Source: Pelagibius sp. 7325
GTDB lineage: Bacteria; Pseudomonadota; Alphaproteobacteria; Kiloniellales; Kiloniellaceae
Length of the DNA: 64,000 nucleotides
Direction of reading: 5' to 3'
Assembly: GCF_037652055.1 (NCBI RefSeq)
Contig: NZ_JBBKAH010000001.1
Location: 66,221 to 130,220 of the forward strand
Below the pieces are notes generated by a model. That model did not search any database. It saw only the letters and a list, made by a program, of their open reading frames with translations, and had not been told where the DNA came from. Below are positions 58,905 to 64,000 of this stretch, one piece after another. Numbering within the stretch: position 1 is the stretch's first letter; the number at the start of each line of letters is the position of its first letter. The position numbers and the translations under genes are program-made.

Positions 58905-60491
58905 ATGCTGTTCAATTCCCACATCTTCATTTTTGCCTTCCTGCCGCTGGTGCTCGCCGGCTTCTTCGCCGCCGCCAGCCTGGGCGGACGGCGCCCGGCG
59001 ATTCTGCTGCTGGTCGCCGCCTCGCTGTTCTTCTACGGCTGGTGGAACCCCGCCTTCCTGCTGCTGCTCGGCATTTCGGTCGCCGTCAACTACAGCCTCG
59101 GGCTCGCCATCGCCGCTGCGCACAGTGCCAAAGGCAGCCGCTCAGCGCGGCCCTTGCTGTGGCTCGGCGTCGCCGTCAACCTGGGCCTCATCGGCTACTT
59201 CAAGTATGCCGGCTTCCTGGCCGGCAGCGTAAACGGCCTGATCGGCACCCATCTCGACGCCGGCGGCATCGTGCTGCCGCTGGCGATCTCCTTCTTCACC
59301 TTTCAGCAGATCGCCTACCTTGTCGACCTCAGCCAGGGTGAGCCGGCCGAGCGCGACTTCGCGCGCTACTGCCTCTTCGTTGTGTTCTTCCCGCAGCTCA
59401 TCGCCGGGCCCATCGTGCACCACCGCGAAATGCTGCCCCAGTTCGCTGAGGACCGCACCTTCCTGCCGCGCGCCGACAATCTGGCCATCGGCTTTACCAT
59501 TTTCGTCATCGGCCTGTTCAAGAAGGTGGTCATCGCCGACAACCTGGCGACGGTCGCCACGCCGGTGTTCGGCGCCGCCGAGAGCGGCGCCGATCTGCAC
59601 TTCTTCCAGGCCTGGGGCGGTGCCTTCGCCTACAGCCTGCAGCTCTACTTCGACTTCTCCGGCTATTCCGACATGGCGATCGGCATCGCGCGCCTGTTTG
59701 GCATCAAGCTGCCGCTGAACTTCGACGCGCCCTACCGCGCCACCTCGATCATCGACTTCTGGCGGCGCTGGCACATGACGCTGTCGCGCTTCCTGCGCGA
59801 CTATCTCTACATTCCACTGGGCGGCGGCCGCAGAGGCCCCGTCAGGCGCCACGTGAACCTGATGATCACCATGCTGCTGGGCGGCCTGTGGCACGGCGCC
59901 GGCTGGACCTTCGTCGTCTGGGGCGGCCTGCACGGCGCCATGCTGGTGGTCAACCACCTGTGGCGCGGTGTCTTCCCGCGGCCCCTGGCGACCTGGTGGT
60001 CCGTCGCTTTCGCGCGCCTCTTCACCTTCCTCGCCGTGACGCTGGCGTGGGTCTTCTTCCGCGCCGAGAGCTTCCAAGGTGCACTCAATGTCTTCAGCGG
60101 CATGGTGAACCTGCCGCAGAACCTGCCCCAGAAGCTTGGACCCGTTGCCGACGTCCTGCTCACCATCGGCTTCCGCTTCGAGGGCGCGCCCTATGTCGGC
60201 TTCGAGGACAAGATGTCGATTCTCTGGCTGGCGTTCTGGATCGGCTTCCTGTGGATCATGCCGACAACCCAGGCGCTGCTGCGCAACTTCAACCCGGCCT
60301 TCGCCTTCCGCGCCGAGGCCTACCGCCCACAGATCGCGCGCATCGCCGGCGAATTCCCCGGCGCCGCGCGCCTGCAAACGGCGCTCGCCTGGCAGCCGAC
60401 CGTCGCGTGGGCGGCGGCCACCGCCGTCATCGCGGCCATCGCCTTCCTGAGCCTGACGCGGGTGTCCGAATTCCTCTATTTCCAGTTCTAG
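58905..60491 (+). CDS. MBOAT family O-acyltransferase (AlgI/DltB/PatA-like)
   Basis: Multi-TM. Conserved His in WHMTLSRFLRDYLYIPLGG and a LWHGAGW block. Confidence 0.9.
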   Translation: MLFNSHIFIFAFLPLVLAGFFAAASLGGRRPAILLLVAASLFFYGWWNPAFLLLLGISVAVNYSLGLAIAAAHSAKGSRSARPLLWLGVAVNLGLIGYFKYAGFLAGSVNGLIGTHLDAGGIVLPLAISFFTFQQIAYLVDLSQGEPAERDFARYCLFVVFFPQLIAGPIVHHREMLPQFAEDRTFLPRADNLAIGFTIFVIGLFKKVVIADNLATVATPVFGAAESGADLHFFQAWGGAFAYSLQLYFDFSGYSDMAIGIARLFGIKLPLNFDAPYRATSIIDFWRRWHMTLSRFLRDYLYIPLGGGRRGPVRRHVNLMITMLLGGLWHGAGWTFVVWGGLHGAMLVVNHLWRGVFPRPLATWWSVAFARLFTFLAVTLAWVFFRAESFQGALNVFSGMVNLPQNLPQKLGPVADVLLTIGFRFEGAPYVGFEDKMSILWLAFWIGFLWIMPTTQALLRNFNPAFAFRAEAYRPQIARIAGEFPGAARLQTALAWQPTVAWAAATAVIAAIAFLSLTRVSEFLYFQF

Positions 60492-60515
60492 CCCAATTCT
60501 AGCAGAGCCGACGCC

Positions 60516-61673
60516 ATGACCAGCCTCTCCAACGAGTTTTCCGGCCCCCCGGCCCTGCCGGAGCACGGCGCCGGTGCCGGGCGCGCGGCCGGCAGCAAGG
60601 GCCGCCGGTGGCTGTTCAACCGCTACAGCCTGGTGCTGGCGGCCGGCATCGCCCTGCTGGGCGGCGGCACCGCCGCGCTGAACAGCGTGGTCGACCCCTT
60701 GTGGTACTGGCAGGGCAACCAGATCGATGGACGGAACTTCATCTTCAACGAGCGCATCGCCAAGCTGAACCTGCTGCTGCAGGAGCCGGACGCCTACGAC
60801 TGCCTGATCTTCGGCAGCTCGCGCGTCACGCTGCTGGACCAGACAGGCGTCGAAGGCTACCGCTGCGCGAACCTCGCTTTCTCAGCCGGCAAGGCGGTGG
60901 AGTTCCTGGCCTACGCCCGCTATCTGGCCGGCCGCGGCCTGCGGCCCAAGCTGGTGATCGTCGGGATTGACGACTTCAACTTCCTCGACGAGCCGCACCA
61001 GCCGGTCGACATTCCCGACTTCGTACAGAACGGCGAGGCGCCGCCGGGTCTGCTGCACAGCTACCTCTCGCTCACGGCGCTGGACTTCACGCAGCGCACC
61101 CTGCGCCACGACTCGCCCCTGCCGCGTTACTACGACGAGCATTTCGTCGGCCACGTCCTGCCGGACACGCCGCCCTTCGATCCCCCCGAGACTCTGGAGA
61201 CCCCGCAGTACGAAGGCGATTTCCTGGCATCCCGCGCGGCACTCTACCGCGAGCTCCGCGAGGCTTTCCCCGAAGCCGCCTTCTGGGGATTCGTGCCGCC
61301 GATCTCCGCTTGGAAAGTGGCCGAGACGCGCTATCTCGGCGGCATTCTCGACGGCTACCTGGAAGCGATTCCGGAGACGGCGAAGATCTTCGATGTGCTC
61401 TACGACTTCTCCGCACCGACCGCCGTCACCCGCCGCGTCGACAACACCTACGACGGTTCGCACTATGCGCCGACGGTTTACAAGGTCATCGTCGAGCGCC
61501 TGCAGCAGGCCTCGCCCGAGGTGCCGGGCGACGGCTTCGGCCTGCCGGTTCATGCAATGACCCCGCAGCAGTACCGCGAGGCCTTTCTCACCCGCTTCGA
61601 CGCCTTCCTGGCGGCCGAGTTTCCCGACCTCGCCAGGACCCGCCTCGCCCGGAGCCAGGCGGCAAACCGCTAA
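60516..61673 (+). CDS. periplasmic partner of the MBOAT acyltransferase (AlgJ/AlgX/DltD-like)
   Basis: N-terminal TM anchor, then LIFGSSRVT (GDS-like block). Immediately downstream of the MBOAT gene, as in algI-algJ, dltB-dltD and patA-patB pairs. Confidence 0.5.
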   Translation: MTSLSNEFSGPPALPEHGAGAGRAAGSKGRRWLFNRYSLVLAAGIALLGGGTAALNSVVDPLWYWQGNQIDGRNFIFNERIAKLNLLLQEPDAYDCLIFGSSRVTLLDQTGVEGYRCANLAFSAGKAVEFLAYARYLAGRGLRPKLVIVGIDDFNFLDEPHQPVDIPDFVQNGEAPPGLLHSYLSLTALDFTQRTLRHDSPLPRYYDEHFVGHVLPDTPPFDPPETLETPQYEGDFLASRAALYRELREAFPEAAFWGFVPPISAWKVAETRYLGGILDGYLEAIPETAKIFDVLYDFSAPTAVTRRVDNTYDGSHYAPTVYKVIVERLQQASPEVPGDGFGLPVHAMTPQQYREAFLTRFDAFLAAEFPDLARTRLARSQAANR

Positions 61674-62158
61674 CCCTCATCGGTGCCTGACCGGGCCACG
61701 AGACCACAGGCCACGGCGTAGTCTGAGAGACGCTGCCGCAGATGGCCGATCGCCTCGGGGTGCGCGAGGAACTCGGTGATCTCCATCATGCGCCAATACT
61801 GCCCCTCGTCGCCGAATCGGACGGCGGCGATTTCCGCTTCGCCGATCGCGGCCGCCAGAAAGTAGGACGCCTGCCCGGCGACCAGAGCGCTGGGATAGCG
61901 GCGGCACCAGTGGATGCGGTCCGGTACCAGCGCGAGTCCGAACTCCTCCTCGACCTCACGCAGGGCGCACTGCACCGGCGTCTCGCCGCCTTCGCGCCCG
62001 CCGCCCGGCAGGTCCCACAGACCGGGCCAGGGAATCGTCGGCTTGTCGTCGCGCCGGTAAACAACCAGCCGACGGCCGCAAACCAGCGCGATCTTTGCGC
62101 CCATGAAGGCTTCTTCCGGCATCGGGCCAGCATGCCGCCAGGCGGCGCGATGGTCCAT
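61670..62158 (-). CDS. NUDIX hydrolase
   Basis: Nudix box GGGREGGETPVQCALREVEEEFGL. Confidence 0.8.
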   Translation of the reverse strand: MDHRAAWRHAGPMPEEAFMGAKIALVCGRRLVVYRRDDKPTIPWPGLWDLPGGGREGGETPVQCALREVEEEFGLALVPDRIHWCRRYPSALVAGQASYFLAAAIGEAEIAAVRFGDEGQYWRMMEITEFLAHPEAIGHLRQRLSDYAVACGLVARSGTDEG

Positions 62159-62196
62159 GGCAAGCTGTAAGAGAATCCTCTAGGCTCTGACGCAAG

Positions 62197-63693
62197 ATGA
62201 CCGAACTGCTGCAGACCACCACGCCAGAGACCGCCGCGCCGGAGGCCTTCATGGACCCGGAAGCCGCGGTCGAGCGCCTCGTCGCGCTGTACAGCCAGGC
62301 GACCAGCTTCCTGTGCGACGGCTTCCACGCCCTGTTGGCCGGCAAGGCGGCGCCGCGGCGCCTGCGTGCCTTCTACCCGCAGGTGGCGATCACCACCACC
62401 AGCTTCGCGCACATCGATTCGCGACTCTCCTACGGCCACGTTCCGACCCCCGGCCACTACGCGGCCACCGTCACGCGGCCCGACCTGTTCCGCGACTACC
62501 TGAGCCAGCAACTCGGCCTGCTGCTGAAGAACCACGGCGTGCCGCTGATCGTCGGCCCGTCGCAGACGCCGATCCCGCTGCATTTCGCCTTTCCCGACGG
62601 CATGCACGTGGAGGGCGCCCTGGTCGAACGGCTGGAGCGGCCCCTGCGCGACCTCTTCGACGTACCGGACCTGTCGATCACCGACGACGCCATCGTCAAC
62701 GGCACCTTCGAGCCGCGCCCGGGCAAGCCGCTGCCGCTGGCCCCCTTCACCGCGCCGCGCGTCGACTATTCGCTGCATCGCCTTGCCCACTACACGGCGA
62801 CGGCGCCTGAGCATTTCCAGAATTTCGTCATCTTCACGAACTACCAGTTCTACATCGACGCCTTCCGCGCCCTGGCGCGCGAGGCGCTGGGCAAGACGGC
62901 ACCGGGAGGCGACGGCAACGACTACGAAGCCTTCGTCGAGCCGGGCAACCTGGTGACGCCGCGCGGTGCCCTGGGGCCGGGCAGCACGCCGGACGACCGC
63001 CTGCCGCAGATGCCCGCCTACCACCTGAAGGGGCCGAACCACAGCGGCATCACCATGGTGAACATCGGCGTCGGCCCGTCCAACGCCAAGACCATCACCG
63101 ACCACATCGCCGTGCTGCGGCCGCATGCCTGGCTGATGCTGGGCCACTGCGCGGGCCTCAGGAACACCCAGGCGCTGGGCGACTACGTGCTGGCCCACGG
63201 CTACGTCCGCGAGGACCACGTGCTGGACGCCGACCTGCCGACCTGGGTGCCGATCCCGCCGCTGGCCGAGGTGCAGGTGGCGCTGGAAGACGCCGTCGAG
63301 GAAGTCACCGGACTGGAAGGCTACGAGCTGAAGTCGATCATGCGCACCGGCACGGTCGCCACCATCGACAACCGCAACTGGGAACTGCGCGACCACCGCG
63401 AACCGGTGCAGCGCTTTTCACAGTCGCGCGCCATCGCGCTGGACATGGAGAGCGCGACGATCGCCGCCAACGGGTTCCGGTTCCGGGTGCCATACGGCAC
63501 CCTGCTGTGCGTTTCCGACAAGCCGCTGCACGGCGAGTTGAAGCTGCCCGGCATGGCGACCGCCTTCTACAAGCGCCAGATCGACCAGCACCTGAAGATC
63601 GGCCTGCGCGCCATGGAAATGCTGCGCGCCATGCCGCCGGAACGCCTGCACTCCCGAAAGCTGCGGAGTTTCTCGGAGACGGCGTTTCAGTAG
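62197..63693 (+). CDS. amn: AMP nucleosidase
   Basis: 498 aa. N-terminal regulatory domain plus a C-terminal PNP/UDP-phosphorylase-like catalytic domain (MVNIGVGPSNAKT). Confidence 0.8.
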   Translation: MTELLQTTTPETAAPEAFMDPEAAVERLVALYSQATSFLCDGFHALLAGKAAPRRLRAFYPQVAITTTSFAHIDSRLSYGHVPTPGHYAATVTRPDLFRDYLSQQLGLLLKNHGVPLIVGPSQTPIPLHFAFPDGMHVEGALVERLERPLRDLFDVPDLSITDDAIVNGTFEPRPGKPLPLAPFTAPRVDYSLHRLAHYTATAPEHFQNFVIFTNYQFYIDAFRALAREALGKTAPGGDGNDYEAFVEPGNLVTPRGALGPGSTPDDRLPQMPAYHLKGPNHSGITMVNIGVGPSNAKTITDHIAVLRPHAWLMLGHCAGLRNTQALGDYVLAHGYVREDHVLDADLPTWVPIPPLAEVQVALEDAVEEVTGLEGYELKSIMRTGTVATIDNRNWELRDHREPVQRFSQSRAIALDMESATIAANGFRFRVPYGTLLCVSDKPLHGELKLPGMATAFYKRQIDQHLKIGLRAMEMLRAMPPERLHSRKLRSFSETAFQ

Positions 63694-63759
63694 GGACTGG
63701 CGACTCCCTCGACAACGACAGTCACCGTTTTCTTCCGGCCGTCTCCAAACTGTCACCCC

Positions 63760-63967
63760 GGACAAGCGAGCCTGAGCGAGCGCGATCCGGGGTCTATGGC
63801 AGGTCCAAGCTCCCGGCAAAGCAGGAGGGCCCGCATCTGGGCCGGGCATAGGCGTCGGCGCAGCGCACTACAGGGGCTTTCAGCCGAGCGAGCGACTGCG
63901 AAGCCTGGCGCCCGACACTTCAATGGATCCCGGCTCGCGCTCGCTCCGCTCGCTTGGCCGGGATGAC
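63760..63967. repeat. MITE-like element family C (second copy)
   Basis: ctgtcaccccggacaagcgagcctgagcgagcgcgatccgggg at 63761-63803 and gatcccggctcgcgctcgctccgctcgcttggccgggatgac at about 63926-63967. Same termini as 5934-6150. Confidence 0.65.
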
Positions 63968-64000
63968 ATGCTGAGTAACCGACAGGGATGCGTGAACATC

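Noticed and set aside
1-64000. CRISPR array, rRNA, integrase, transposase or phage structural genes
   Set aside because: Searched by eye for regular repeat-spacer periodicity, rRNA-like conserved blocks and tyrosine/serine recombinase or DDE motifs in all ORFs, including both islands. None found. The only repeats are the REP/MITE-like families and short in-frame microsatellites described above.

Overview
This 64-kb window is a high-GC (about 65-70%) alphaproteobacterial-type chromosomal segment, densely packed with housekeeping, signalling and transport genes. These include a DctB-like sensor kinase, quinone oxidoreductase, Ldh_2 and SDR dehydrogenases, a FecI/FecR/TonB-receptor iron cluster with a PepSY/DUF3649/DUF3325 module, PrpE-like and medium-chain acyl-CoA ligases, an MCP, an SPFH protein, two adjacent tRNAs, ubiX, a 6-phosphofructokinase, a GGDEF protein, purEK, two-component systems, COQ9-def, rpsU, a TPR protein, phoX, a hybrid PAS kinase, an MBOAT pair, NUDIX and AMP nucleosidase. 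Two low-GC islands interrupt this backbone and are the most interesting parts. Island 1 (about 17.0-21.1 kb) carries a tight three-gene minus-strand operon: an SMC/Rad50-like P-loop ATPase with a CxxC coiled-coil hook, a small middle protein and a 397-aa protein with an N-terminal nuclease-like motif. It looks like an ABC-three-component (ABC-3C)-type conflict system. It is bracketed by inverted copies of a ~40-bp repeat and abuts a truncated duplicate of an HD-domain gene. Island 2 (about 35.3-39.45 kb) carries a reverse transcriptase immediately followed by an exonuclease-I (SbcB)-like DEDDh exonuclease, with about 1 kb of non-coding DNA upstream. It is a candidate RT-based defence system whose RT-ExoI pairing I do not recognise as a described type. 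Other notable content is a bacterial cyclooxygenase-like haem peroxidase, three families of REP/MITE-like palindromic repeats, a tRNA with a defective acceptor stem, and in-frame tandem repeats in two genes. No CRISPR array, rRNA, integrase or transposase was seen.
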